Origin: a virus
Reading direction: 5' to 3' (one strand)
DNA: 64,000 nucleotides
Virus record (IMG/VR): IMGVR_UViG_3300032954_000005
Span: 13,249-77,248 of that record
Below, one piece after another: positions 9,748 through 19,819 of this stretch (position 1 is the first letter of the stretch; each line of letters starts with the position of its first letter). Both the position numbers and the translations under genes were made by a program. The notes beneath the pieces were generated by a model. The model worked only from the letters and a program-made list of their open reading frames with translations, was not told the DNA's origin and did no database searches.

Positions 9748-10253
9748 AAACCGCTGTCTATGTTTTGGGGTTGTTACTTGCCTACCTGTATGTCATCAAC
9801 GGGCAAGCCTACATTGCGTACCTCTGGCCTTCTCGCTCAGGAGAATGGGACGCAGGAGTTACTTACAAAGTAGTCATAACTTACGTCGAGGGCGGTGAGC
9901 ATACTTTTGCCGCTACCAAGATTCGTCCGCCTTTTCGATTCGTGCCGAGGATGAAACCATGAGCGCCCTATTATGGCTTCTCTTCGGAATAGGATCAGGC
10001 CCGATGCCGCCTCCACCACAGGGACAACACCAAATCTTACTGATAGACAAAACTTTATTTTTTACTGCAGATGGGACATTAGTATCTCCGCTGCACAATG
10101 CTGCTTGCATGATGCGGCATATTACGCTTCCATCCACGTATCCCCAAACTCCACCAGTATCTTACATAGTGCTGACATGCAAAACAGCCAAAGCCGTTTG
10201 CCAAACACTATTAGGGCAGCCTTGCAGGTGGACTTATTATGCGGAGGTTCGCA

Positions 10254-10406
10254 ATGAGCGATAGCCCCGCACTCATCTGCTTAACCTGTAAAGAGCACAA
10301 GCCACGATTGCTGTTATGCCAACAATGCAGCAAGGGCTTGTGCGAGAACTGCTATTACAGGCACAGCGCCTGTGAAGTTACTGGCGAAAGGAAGAGATGC
10401 AAATGA
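10254..10406 (+). CDS. 50-aa zinc-finger-like protein
   Basis: Hand translation MSDSPALICLTCKEHKPRLLLCQQCSKGLCENCYYRHSAC...; GGAGG RBS. Confidence 0.55.
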   Translation: MSDSPALICLTCKEHKPRLLLCQQCSKGLCENCYYRHSACEVTGERKRCK

Positions 10407-13385
10407 GCGATAAGCACCAACTTGCAGTGAAATATGCCGAGTCTATAGCTGGTAAAATCACTACCCTTGACGTACTCACAGACCTATTTGAGCGAGCCAT
10501 CGACGAGGCGGAGGGCACAATGAGCGATAGCCTATGGGAACTAGCGGCTTGCGGCAGACATGCTGATCGTTATGGAGAAGAAAATTGGGGGTGGGATATA
10601 ACGTGTCGGCACTGCCAACGTAACTATACTAACCTATCTGAACACGCCGCCGCCGAGGTCTCACGCGCAACCGAAGGGCTGCAAGCGGAAATACTCAAGC
10701 GTGGGAATCAGTGCGCCGTTTCAATCACAGGCTTTCCCGAAGATGCCAACATAGCAGACATTAAGACGGCTCTTGCCGCAATAGACGCTGCTTTGCAGCT
10801 TGGCATAGAACGTAACAACGAACGAAACCAGTTGCAAGCGGAGTGCGAGAGGCTGCGGGAGAAGCTACAGTTTCTCAGCCTTCACGCAAGGATGTTATTG
10901 AATAAGTTAGAGGAGCACAAAGACCATCGGCACCTAGAAGAAGGTGCGTTATGGCAAGCTGTGAAAATGATTGACGCTGCGCTCTCGGAGCCAGCCCCGG
11001 CCAAACCTCCCTGCTGGTTTATGAACCATGAGGAGAGTCTGAAGCCCGAGATACAGGTATGCCCATTTTGCAACAAGCCACGGTCGGAGTGGGAGCCAGC
11101 CCCAAAGGAGAAACCATGAGTGACGGTATGAGCGACAACTGTGGGATGAGGTCAGAAGCATCTGCCAACAACTACGCTGACCCTACACCCCAGCAGCAGA
11201 TGGAAGCGAGAGCGCGGGACTGCCTTACTAAATTGCAGCAGCAGTTTGGTTCCTCAACCGCTCCACGTGGGCTAGTCGTTAGGGCGGAGAATGTAGTAAC
11301 AGCAATGTGTACCTTCGCCCTGCGCGAGATCGAGGCACAGAACAGGCAGGAAGCAACCCGATGTGACCGCCATTGGCTTTCTGGTCTCCGGTATGGTTGG
11401 AATATGGGCCAACTCAACGACCGGGCCGCATACATTGAAGCGCAGGAGTGTAGAGAGCGTGAAATCAGGGCATCGCATCCTAACCCCAGCCCCCCAGGGA
11501 GGGAAAATGAAAGTGATAGTTGAATTTAATGTACCAAATGGTGTTCCGTTTCGCAGTGAAGATGCCGAGGATGAGTTTTTGGAGCACGTGGCCGAAGCAT
11601 CAGAGGGCTGCTTTATGGAATACGAGACGGGAGTTCCACACTTGGTCGAAGCCCAAATATTATCTATCAAGTGTGAACCAAAAGCTAACCTGCGTCTGGA
11701 TGAGCAACGCTTGTTAATGGAAGCTCAAGCATCCGTGCGCGACAAGAGCAAGTCTGTAAATCCATACGATGTTATTGACGTGCTCTCTCGTCTCTCAGAG
11801 TTGCGGGAACGCGACAAGGATAAGCGCGAGTTCGCAGCGGAGCAACTGAAGGAGTTGGCGGCTGACGCCACACGCGACTATGCTAGGGTTCTCCGCGCCC
11901 GCGCCGAGGAACTACTGAAGTGACGCGCGCACCTGCGCACGGAAGGGGGTGAACAAACTGAAGATGGAAACTCCAGATATACGCGCAATACGTGTAAGTC
12001 GAGCGTCCCAGTACCCGGCCCCATGATCGGCGGCGTCGTGGGCAGCGGGAGACAAGAGCCGCCAAACTGAAAGGAGCCATACATTTTCTCCCCCGCACAG
12101 ATGCCAGGCCGGCCTAGTTCCAACTCGAACCTGTATCGTGAGATCGTGGCGATCGTAAAAGCCACGGGATCTCACAAGATGCGCTTTCTCACACCTGAGG
12201 AGCGCATGAGATTCCATTGGAATTTCGCGCGGGTGGCCCGCGAAAACGGACTGAAGGCATTCTGGCGGGGGCTATGGTTGACGGTGTACGAGAGAAAGTC
12301 GAAGGGGATGCCATGACAATTCTACTCTGGCTGTTATTCGGAATCGGCGCGGGCCCGACGTTACCGATGCCGAAGATTGAAGCGCCTGGGCCTCCGGTCA
12401 CGGCTGCGCTCTATGCTTCATTCATTCGCGCTCGGGCGACAGCTATTCAGGACGGTTGGCCTGTTGTTTCATGGGAAGCCAGTGCAGACGGGAAACATTG
12501 GGAAACAATCAGGAACTTGCCGCCGCCAGTATGGCTGAAATCGGCAGCACTGGCTGAGGCCATGCGGAAAGGGAAGAAATGAGCTTGGCGGAAGAAGTTG
12601 CAAAGCTGGCATTCCAGCAAGGCGATACTTGGCGGCAAATGGTCATGTGGGCAGTTGACGAGACTCTGGAACGCGCTGCGCAGGAGTGGCGACAAGTTCG
12701 CAACCGAACCGCATGAGACGGCGATGCAGATCGGCGGTGACGTTTGTGCTCAACGTGTTCGCGCACTGAAGAGCCGCGCAAACGAAAGAGCTAACCAAGA
12801 GATTCGCGCCCTGAAGAGCAAGCCATGAGCGCACACATGGACATGTTATGAACGCTGAAGAATGCCGGGATGAACGAGATTCTTTTGACTATCTCCGTAA
12901 AGAGGCAGTTGAACCTATTGAACTGCTGATGAAGCTGCGCGCGGAGGCGACGAAATGAGAATGAAGCGGTACTGGCCCGAGCCGCTTCTCCACGAGGAGT
13001 GGGAGGACGACGTGGCGTATTATTGGAACAACTACTGGTGCTGGTGAGGGGAGAAAAAAATGGACACGAATCAATGGTACTTGGCGAACGAGGCGCGGTT
13101 CAGCGTCTACGACGCCGAGGGGAACTTCAAGAGCTTCGACGCGCAGGCGATGCTTCAGGCCTTCGCCGACGCGCTGCGCGCCGAGAAAAAACTAGCAACC
13201 TATCAAGTGCTGACCCACGAGTCGGCGGGGCGCCTGGAGCTGATGGTTAACGCCCACGCCGCTGATGGCTGGCGCCTCGTTAAGGGGGGAACGTACGGCC
13301 TCCAGTGCCTCAGGTCAAACGCGTTCGACCCGAAGCTCGTGACCCAGGTGATCGAGCACGTGGCGTGGCTGGAGCGGGAGGTTGA

Positions 13386-13700
13386 GTGACCCTCTATGCG
13401 ATCCTTGAGCTTCCCCCGGGGGCGACGCGCGAGGAGCTCCACGCGCGGTGGAAAAGCCTAAGCGGCCTTTGGCACCCCGACCGCGCCGACGGAGGGGACG
13501 TCGAGCGGTACAAGGAGCTCCAGGAGGCGTACGCCGTCCTAAAAAACGACGAGGCGCGCGCGGTGTACGATCGCCGCCTGCGGATGGACGGCGCGAACTG
13601 CCCGGCGTGCGCGGGTGCGGGCCGCGTCCAGCGGACGCTGTCCTTCACCCGCGTGGAGAACGTCGCTTGTGCTGCGTGCGCGGGCACCGGACGAAGATGA
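13386..13700 (+). CDS. Mini DnaJ-like protein (J domain plus two CxxCxGxG motifs)
   Basis: LYAILEL...WHPDR...ELQEAYAVL...RAVYD; CPACAGAG and CAACAGTG. Confidence 0.85.
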   Translation: MTLYAILELPPGATREELHARWKSLSGLWHPDRADGGDVERYKELQEAYAVLKNDEARAVYDRRLRMDGANCPACAGAGRVQRTLSFTRVENVACAACAGTGRR

Positions 13701-14128
13701 ACGCGCGCATTCTCGCGATCGCGCACTGCGTGGAGATGATGACGTGGGCGATCGAAATGCAGAACGAGCACCGCGCGCTCATCGCCGTCGTGGGAGAGCT
13801 CGACTGGTACTTTGAGCTTCATGACTTGCTGTACGAGGAGGTAAAAATTATGCCGCAGCAAACTGAAGACTTTATCTGCGCGTACTGCGCCGCTGCGTGC
13901 CGCGTTACGCGCCTGCTCTCGCTCGAGCTGTACCTCGAGCACCTTGACGTGGCGCACCCGGAAGAAGCGCAGCTGCCCACTTCCCTGCTGGTGCTCTTCG
14001 AGCGCGACGCCAGTTGGCACGAGCGCTGGCGCCGTCACCGCGAGCGCCACCACTACGTTCACCACACGTTCCCCGCGCGGTTAGCTATCGCGTGGGGGAA
14101 ACCGCAACCTTTAACCCGTACCTCCTAG
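13697..14128 (+). CDS. Hypothetical protein with an internal in-frame start and C2H2-like motif
   Basis: ATGA overlap with the J-domain gene; GAGGAGG before MPQQTEDFICAYC...HLDVAH. Confidence 0.45.
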   Translation: MNARILAIAHCVEMMTWAIEMQNEHRALIAVVGELDWYFELHDLLYEEVKIMPQQTEDFICAYCAAACRVTRLLSLELYLEHLDVAHPEEAQLPTSLLVLFERDASWHERWRRHRERHHYVHHTFPARLAIAWGKPQPLTRTS

Positions 14129-14138
14129 GAGAAGTAAA

Positions 14139-14468
14139 ATGTTTAACCTGAACCTTGGGTTCACCGTCGCGGCCACGGACAACGTGGTCGATAAGAACAA
14201 CAACCTCGTCCTGAACGCGACGCAGACCGGGCAGGCGTGGTCGGTCGCCGACCCGTCGATCGCGACCGTCGTCACCAACCCCGACGGAAGCGCGACCTTC
14301 ACCCCCGTGGCGGTGGGCTCCACCACCGCGTCGGTTACCGCGACCGTCACCGCCCCGGGCTTCGGGCCCACGCAGCTGTCGGGGTCTGACACGCTGAACG
14401 TCGTCGACACCCCCGCGGGCCTCCAGATCGTGTGGGGCGCGCAAACGCAGACGGCGAAGAAGGCCTAG
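14139..14468 (+). CDS. Ig-like (Big_2-like) domain protein
   Basis: AWSVADPSIATV...ATFTPVAVGSTTASVTAT; AGGAG RBS. Confidence 0.7.
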   Translation: MFNLNLGFTVAATDNVVDKNNNLVLNATQTGQAWSVADPSIATVVTNPDGSATFTPVAVGSTTASVTATVTAPGFGPTQLSGSDTLNVVDTPAGLQIVWGAQTQTAKKA

Positions 14469-14488
14469 CTTTTTCTACCTTTAACCTA

Positions 14489-14518
14489 GCGCGGAGCCTT
14501 CAAAAAGAGGTTCCGCGC
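14489..14518 (+). terminator. Hairpin, possible terminator
   Basis: GCGCGGAGCCT...AGGTTCCGCGC stem after the Ig-like gene; no immediate U-tract. Confidence 0.4.
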
Positions 14519-14535
14519 GACAAATTAAATTTTTA

Positions 14536-14564
14536 TTTACAAAGTTATTCGGCCGAATTATAAT
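14536..14564 (+). promoter_or_regulatory. Strong sigma70-type promoter
   Basis: TTTACA-17 nt-TATAAT with AT-rich upstream sequence. Confidence 0.85.
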
Positions 14565-14608
14565 TGACGTCGAAGCTTAAACTAAAGAAAACGAGGACAA
14601 ACCTACCT

Positions 14609-14938
14609 TTGAAGCTCAAGCCCCACGCCTTCGTGGCGGCTCTCTTCCGCGGGGGCTGCGACCGCTGCGGGCGCCCGCCTGACGACCTCGCGCACGCCGG
14701 CGAGCTGCGCGTGATCGCGCCCGTGTATGCCCTCGAGACCGTGCGCTACGGGACGGCGAAGGCGCCCGGGAACGTCGCGTGGGTAGAGGGCACGGAGCTT
14801 ACGCTGGTGGTGGGAATGAATGGCACCAAGTACGTGTACCTGGGGCGCGTGACGGAGAAGCAGATCCGCCGAAGCAATCACCTGCGCTACACCTACCACC
14901 CCACGCAGGCGATCGAGCTTGACGGAGACTTGATATGA
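14609..14938 (+). CDS. Hypothetical protein
   Basis: GAGGA RBS then TTG; first gene after the promoter. Confidence 0.5.
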   Translation: MKLKPHAFVAALFRGGCDRCGRPPDDLAHAGELRVIAPVYALETVRYGTAKAPGNVAWVEGTELTLVVGMNGTKYVYLGRVTEKQIRRSNHLRYTYHPTQAIELDGDLI

Positions 14939-15126
14939 TCATCGTGTTCATCGCGTTTATGGAAAAGATCAGCGGCCGCGAGATGCTTATCGAACTAGGA
15001 AGCATTGAAAGTGTATTTCAAGACGTGACCTGCGTTCTCATAAAGACGAAGTCCGGTCAAAGCTTTCAGGTCACGAACCCTTACGCTCAGATACTGGAGC
15101 GCCTAACCCGAAAAATACCAACGTAG
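14935..15126 (+). CDS. Small FlbD-like domain protein
   Basis: GREMLIELGSIESV...IKTKSGQSFQVTNPYAQIL resembles the FlbD/SwrD pattern. Confidence 0.4.
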   Translation: MIIVFIAFMEKISGREMLIELGSIESVFQDVTCVLIKTKSGQSFQVTNPYAQILERLTRKIPT

Positions 15127-15147
15127 TTCTTAAAAGGAGAACATCGT

Positions 15148-15642
15148 ATGAAGAAGCTACTATCGATAATCGCGGTTACGCTAGCCGTCGCCCTGACGCT
15201 CGCCACGTGGACGGCGTGCACGGGGCTCAACGCGAGCAACGCCAAGATCTGGCTCACGGCGGCGACCAACGCCTTCGTTGCCGGGATGTCACTGTACAAC
15301 CCGGGCTGGAGCGGGACGGCGATCGTCACCGACGTCAACAACGCCATCGCCGCGTGGGAGGTCGGCGCGGGCTGGCAGAACAACGTGATCGTGGAGCTGA
15401 ACCAGGCGCAGAAGGACGTTCTCACCATCCAGGGCTGCAACAGCAAGTGCCAGGGGCTCACCACCATCTTCCTGGGGTTCATCGAGACGGGGATTCAGCT
15501 GGCGCAGCAGTCCTCGAAGTCACCCGTGCCCGCCTCGGCGTCGCGCGTCGCTCTCCCGGCGGGCACGCACGCCTACGCGAGCTACGATGACTACAAGCGG
15601 GAGTGGAACGCTCAGGCGCCGCCCGTGGCGAGGCTGAAGTAA
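15148..15642 (+). CDS. Putative lipoprotein
   Basis: MKKLLSIIAVTLAVALTLATWTAC signal peptide ending in a lipobox-like Cys; AAGGAG RBS. Confidence 0.7.
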   Translation: MKKLLSIIAVTLAVALTLATWTACTGLNASNAKIWLTAATNAFVAGMSLYNPGWSGTAIVTDVNNAIAAWEVGAGWQNNVIVELNQAQKDVLTIQGCNSKCQGLTTIFLGFIETGIQLAQQSSKSPVPASASRVALPAGTHAYASYDDYKREWNAQAPPVARLK

Positions 15643-15645
15643 GCC

Positions 15646-16632
15646 ATGAAACCAGGCGCGATCGTTCAGCTCAGGTCGGGAGGGCCGCCGATGACGGTCC
15701 TCCGCGTTTATAGCAACAACGTCGTTCAATGCCGGTGGTTTAGCGGCAACGACATGCGCGTAGACATGCTTCCCCTGGCGACGTTAAAGGAGATGGTGAC
15801 ATCCTCGCCGCTCCTCGCTGCCCCGTACGGCGCGGCCTCGGGCGCCCGCCGGTACGGCGCGCGCAAGGACGCGGCGGACGTGCGCGACCTCAGGCTCAGC
15901 CTGAGCGCGCTGTCGCCGCTGCCTACGCCGCCGTCGCATGACGAGTCGCGGTGGCTGGGCCCGGTGCGCGATCAGGGGGCGGAGTCGTCGTGCGTCGGCC
16001 ACGCCTGGGCCGCGCACGCCAGTTGGCTGTTTAACAAGTTTGGCGATAAGGGGTCGCTCGACTTCAGCCCTCAGTTTCTTTATTACCTCGCGCGCCAGCT
16101 CGAGGGGACGCTTCCCGCTGACGGCGGGTGCCAGGTGCGGTCGGGCGCGAAGGCGCTTAATCAGTACGGGGCGGCGCTGGAGACGGACGACCCCTACGAG
16201 GCGTCGACCCTGAACCAGGCGCCGACGATCGCGGCCGTCAAGGACGCGCTCAATTTCAAGGGCGGCGCGTACCATCGCCTCACGAGCGTTCTCGACATGA
16301 AGGCGTGCCTCGCCTCGGGCTACGCGTTCGTAGACGGGATCGAGGTCTACGCCAGCTTCGAGTCGGCGGCGGTCGCGCGATCGGGCGAGGTGCCGCTGCC
16401 TAACGCCGCGGCGGGTGAGTTCTACTTAGGCGGCCACTGCGTGCTGACGTTCGGGTACGACGACAACCACGTGAACCTGGACTCGACACGCGGCGCGTTC
16501 CACAAGCGCAACTCGTGGGGCGCGGCGTGGGGAGAGGGCGGGGACTTCTGGCTTCCGTACGCTTACATGCAGAAGTACCTGATGGACGCCTGGGTCCTGC
16601 ACCTCGGGCCGGCGTGGGTAAAAAAGCCGTGA
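15646..16632 (+). CDS. Papain-like C1 cysteine peptidase with N-terminal YodC/DUF2158-like domain
   Basis: VQLRSGGPPMTV...CRWF (DUF2158-like); DQGAESSC, GGHCV and RNSWG catalytic motifs. Confidence 0.88.
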   Translation: MKPGAIVQLRSGGPPMTVLRVYSNNVVQCRWFSGNDMRVDMLPLATLKEMVTSSPLLAAPYGAASGARRYGARKDAADVRDLRLSLSALSPLPTPPSHDESRWLGPVRDQGAESSCVGHAWAAHASWLFNKFGDKGSLDFSPQFLYYLARQLEGTLPADGGCQVRSGAKALNQYGAALETDDPYEASTLNQAPTIAAVKDALNFKGGAYHRLTSVLDMKACLASGYAFVDGIEVYASFESAAVARSGEVPLPNAAAGEFYLGGHCVLTFGYDDNHVNLDSTRGAFHKRNSWGAAWGEGGDFWLPYAYMQKYLMDAWVLHLGPAWVKKP

Positions 16633-16753
16633 GCGGCTCCGACCTTAGCACCGCGGAGGCCGTCGCCTTTTTAACGATGGTGACGGTGACGGCCGCAGTG
16701 GTGGCCGTGGCGGCGGCGCTCGTGGTAGGCGCCGTCGTCTTAAGGATAATCAG

Positions 16754-17038
16754 GTGAGCGAACTTTGCCACAACCCGCCGCGCGTTGACTGCGCGGCGTG
16801 CTGCGCGCTGGTCAACCAAAGAAACGCCGCGCAGCGCGCGTGCCCGCACTGCCTGAGCGGACACGGCACGCTCGTCTGCGACTGCGGGTGCCCGCACGCC
16901 GACCACGTGCGCGGCGGCGGGTGTCGTAGGCATAACGACTGCGACGCGTACAGCCAGCGGCTCCTGAACAGGCGCGCGGGTGTAGACAAGAGCGCGCCGC
17001 TGGCCGCACGGCGCAGCGCTGCCTTGGAGGACGTATGA
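16754..17038 (+). CDS. Cys/His-rich hypothetical protein
   Basis: 94 aa with several CxxC motifs. Confidence 0.5.
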   Translation: MSELCHNPPRVDCAACCALVNQRNAAQRACPHCLSGHGTLVCDCGCPHADHVRGGGCRRHNDCDAYSQRLLNRRAGVDKSAPLAARRSAALEDV

Positions 17039-17228
17039 GTTTGAATCAAAACGAAGAGCTTCAGGGTGTTGGATGCTACTGCTGCGGTGCGCCGTTTGAG
17101 AACGGTAATAAGACCTGCGACTGCACGCTCGCGATGTGCCAAGATACGTCGGGATTGCGTTGCTGCAACTGCTGCGAGCACGGGCACCCGGAGCTAGTAA
17201 CGAATCTATCTTAAGAAAGCGAGGACAA

Positions 17229-17660
17229 GTGAAGAAGGTTGAGGAGTTCAAGGTTCCCAAGCAGCTGCCGAAGTCGCTGGCGCAGTGCGCCGACCTCCTG
17301 TACCTGGCGCGGCAGCAGCGGCTCGAGGTGCAGAAGCGGGTGGACGCGATCCAGGAGCTTGAGGTGAGGCTCAAGGACAGGATCATCGCGGAGCTCCCGA
17401 AGTCCGAGGCCTCGGGGATCAGTGGGCGCGTGGCGCGGGCGCAGCTCGACCGCAAGTCCGTTCCCCAGGTGTCGGAGGAGGCGGGCGGGTGGCCCGCTTT
17501 CTACGCGTTCGTCGCGCGGGAGAAGGCGTTTGACCTCCTGCAGCGCCGCTTGAACGAGGCGGCGGTGAAGGAGCGGTGGGAGAACAAGAAGCGAGTGCCG
17601 GGCGTGACGGCGTTTCACGTCGTCACCGTCAGCTGCACGAAGCTGGGAGGGAAGAAATGA
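17229..17660 (+). CDS. Conserved phage replication-module protein
   Basis: GAGGA RBS then GTG; coiled coil followed by W-AFY-FV...FDLLQRRL...VPGV, a pattern common upstream of phage SSB/polA genes. Confidence 0.65.
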   Translation: MKKVEEFKVPKQLPKSLAQCADLLYLARQQRLEVQKRVDAIQELEVRLKDRIIAELPKSEASGISGRVARAQLDRKSVPQVSEEAGGWPAFYAFVAREKAFDLLQRRLNEAAVKERWENKKRVPGVTAFHVVTVSCTKLGGKK

Positions 17661-17859
17661 ATTCGGACCTTAAAAGCTTAGAAATTCTACGCGTGCTTGA
17701 GGGGCGCGCGCGCCTAAAGGGCGCAGAGAGCTTCGTGAAGCGCTTAAGCGAAACCGGCTGTTGGTTTCAGGCCGATTATCTCTACCAAGCAAGGAAGCGC
17801 GTGCTGCGCCGGCGGCGGTTCGTCGCCACGCGGCGATACCGGTACCCGCGGGGGTCTCG

Positions 17860-18894
17860 GTGAGCAACGTGGAGAAGCTCGTGGCGACGCTTCAGAAGGA
17901 CAAGGAGCTTGAGCGCCGCCTGCTTAGGCTATCGCCTAACGACCATGCCGCGATCGCACGGGCGCTTCAGCAGAACCCGGTCACGGCGGCGCAGCTGAGG
18001 CTCCTTTACGACCGCGTCGCCGTGGCGAAAACCTCCGACGAGGTGATCAACCTTCTCGGCGCGGCGCTTCAGTTCGGGGTCACGCTAGGGTACCTGATCG
18101 GGAAACCGGAGGAGCTGTATGCCGTCTGACGTGAACGCGGCGATCGAGCGTGAGCGGCTCGTACGTCTGCAGGAGCTTTATGAGGCGCGGCGCGCCCAGT
18201 GGCGGCGCGAGGCCGCGGCGCACGTCTGGCGGTGCGACCTTTCGCGGGAGCGTCCAGGCTTTTGGAGGCGTTTAATTCAACGATGGAGGACGAAGTGAAA
18301 ACGGAAATCTACCGGGAGGGTGACCTCCTGATTATTCAGCGGCAGGCTGAGCCGTTTAGCGGCGCGCTGCTGGTGCTTCCCGCGCAGCGGGTGCACCTCG
18401 ACGACGGGAAGCTTAGCTACCAGGGAAACGCGGTACGACTTTACGAAAGGAGGAAAGATGGCGCAGCGCGCTAAGACGAAGCTTCCGCCCAAGACGATGA
18501 AGTTCGAGGTGTGGGTCGACGACAAGCCCGCGGACGGCGAAGACTACCTGGCGACCGCCGACATCGCTGACCGCTTAAAGAACGTGGACCTAGGCGTGGC
18601 CGGGGTCAGCGTGGGGCGCGCGCTGTTTCAGAACAACGTCACGCGTAACGGCGACGCCACGCCGGAGCCTGAGCGATGAATAGTGAAGAACGTTTACGGC
18701 GCATCGCCTTTTACGCGAATAAGGTGCTAGAGATTTCACTCCTTAATACGCGTGTGAGCTACCTAGCTGACAATATTCGCATGTTGGCGGTCGCGTCTGA
18801 CCAAGTTCTTTTCGCTAATTTAACAAATTTCGCAGACTCAGATTTGAATAAGGAGAACGCAGATGCCGACAAAGCAAAAACCAGTAACAAGTAA
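17860..18894 (+). other. Run of small hypothetical genes
   Basis: Coupled ORFs ending at 18129, 18474, 18679 and 18894. Confidence 0.5.
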
Positions 18895-19669
18895 CTCCCT
18901 AACCAAGTGGGACCAGCGCCTCGCTGACCTCGCCAAGAAAAAGGTGCAGACGGTCGCCGACATCGGGGGCGGCGCGTTCATCTCGATCAAGGCGGGCGTG
19001 ATGACGTGGAACGGCGCCGAGATCCCCGGAAACAAGGCGAACGTCGTGATCCTGTGCGACACGAAGGAGAACGACTACTACACGGGCGGGTTCGACCCGG
19101 ACAACATCGCCGTCCCGGACTGCTTCGCGTTCGGGCAGACGCTCGCCGAGATGCGCCCACACGAGCTGGCGACGAACCCCCAGGGCGGCGAGTCGGGCGG
19201 CTGCCGTGACTGCCCGCAGAACGAGTTCGGCACCTCGGATCGCGGGAAGGGGAAGGCGTGCCAAAATCGTATCCGCATGGCGCTGATCACGGAGGGCGAC
19301 CTGAAGAAGGACATCGCTACCGCCGAAGTGGCGTACCTAAAGATCCCGCCGACGTCCCTCAAGGGGTACGCGGGATACGTGCGCGATTTAGAAGCCACGT
19401 ATCAGCGCCCGACGTTCGCCGTTGTGACTGAGGTGGCGGTCGTTCCCGACGCGAAGACGCAGCTCAAGGTAACGTTCAAGCTCGTGTCGACGATCGACGA
19501 CGCCGACGTGCTTGAGCAGCTCTTCAACCGAAGCGAGCGGGTGGCGAAGGAGATTGACTTCCCCTACCAGCCCATCGCGGAGGACGCCGCCCCCGCGCCG
19601 CGGAAGCCGCTCAAGGGGCAGCGCGCGCCCGCTCAGCCGGCGCAGCCCGCGCGCGGCGCGCGGCGGTAA
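18863..19669 (+). CDS. Putative ssDNA-binding/annealing protein
   Basis: PDC...CRDCPQN.FGT...GKGKAC Zn motif and IPPTSLK; position upstream of the polymerase gene. Confidence 0.65.
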   Translation: MPTKQKPVTSNSLTKWDQRLADLAKKKVQTVADIGGGAFISIKAGVMTWNGAEIPGNKANVVILCDTKENDYYTGGFDPDNIAVPDCFAFGQTLAEMRPHELATNPQGGESGGCRDCPQNEFGTSDRGKGKACQNRIRMALITEGDLKKDIATAEVAYLKIPPTSLKGYAGYVRDLEATYQRPTFAVVTEVAVVPDAKTQLKVTFKLVSTIDDADVLEQLFNRSERVAKEIDFPYQPIAEDAAPAPRKPLKGQRAPAQPAQPARGARR

Positions 19670-19819
19670 AGGTGTCCAGCTGTTGGGACAGCAAAGGCTG
19701 TTTGTAGCGCGATTAGATCGTGTGCAACCAGTACAACTGCCAACGAATACGCAATGGCAGCTTAAAGTGACGGCAGGGGCGCGGACTAATACGCGCCCTG
19801 GTCGTTCGGAGGTTTTAAT

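Larger units (their letters stand above)
8781..13389 (+). other. Array of roughly 15 small, translationally coupled accessory genes, mostly lower GC
   Basis: ORFs include 8781-9005, 9002-9205, 9202-9747, 9744-9962, 9959-10264, 10254-10406, 10403-11119, 11116-11523, 11507-11923, 12101-12316, 12313-12582 and 13060-13389, many with ATGA/GTGA overlaps. Visibly more AT-rich from about 9350 to 13050. Confidence 0.7.

Noticed and set aside
3845-12830. Apparent frameshifts near 3890, 3995 and 12688 as programmed recoding
   Set aside because: They look like single-base indels in short G runs of small genes. Sequencing or assembly error or decay is more likely; reads are needed.
19671-19740. 70-nt segment ending in CCA as a tRNA
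   Set aside because: No TTC T-loop and no 7-bp acceptor stem.
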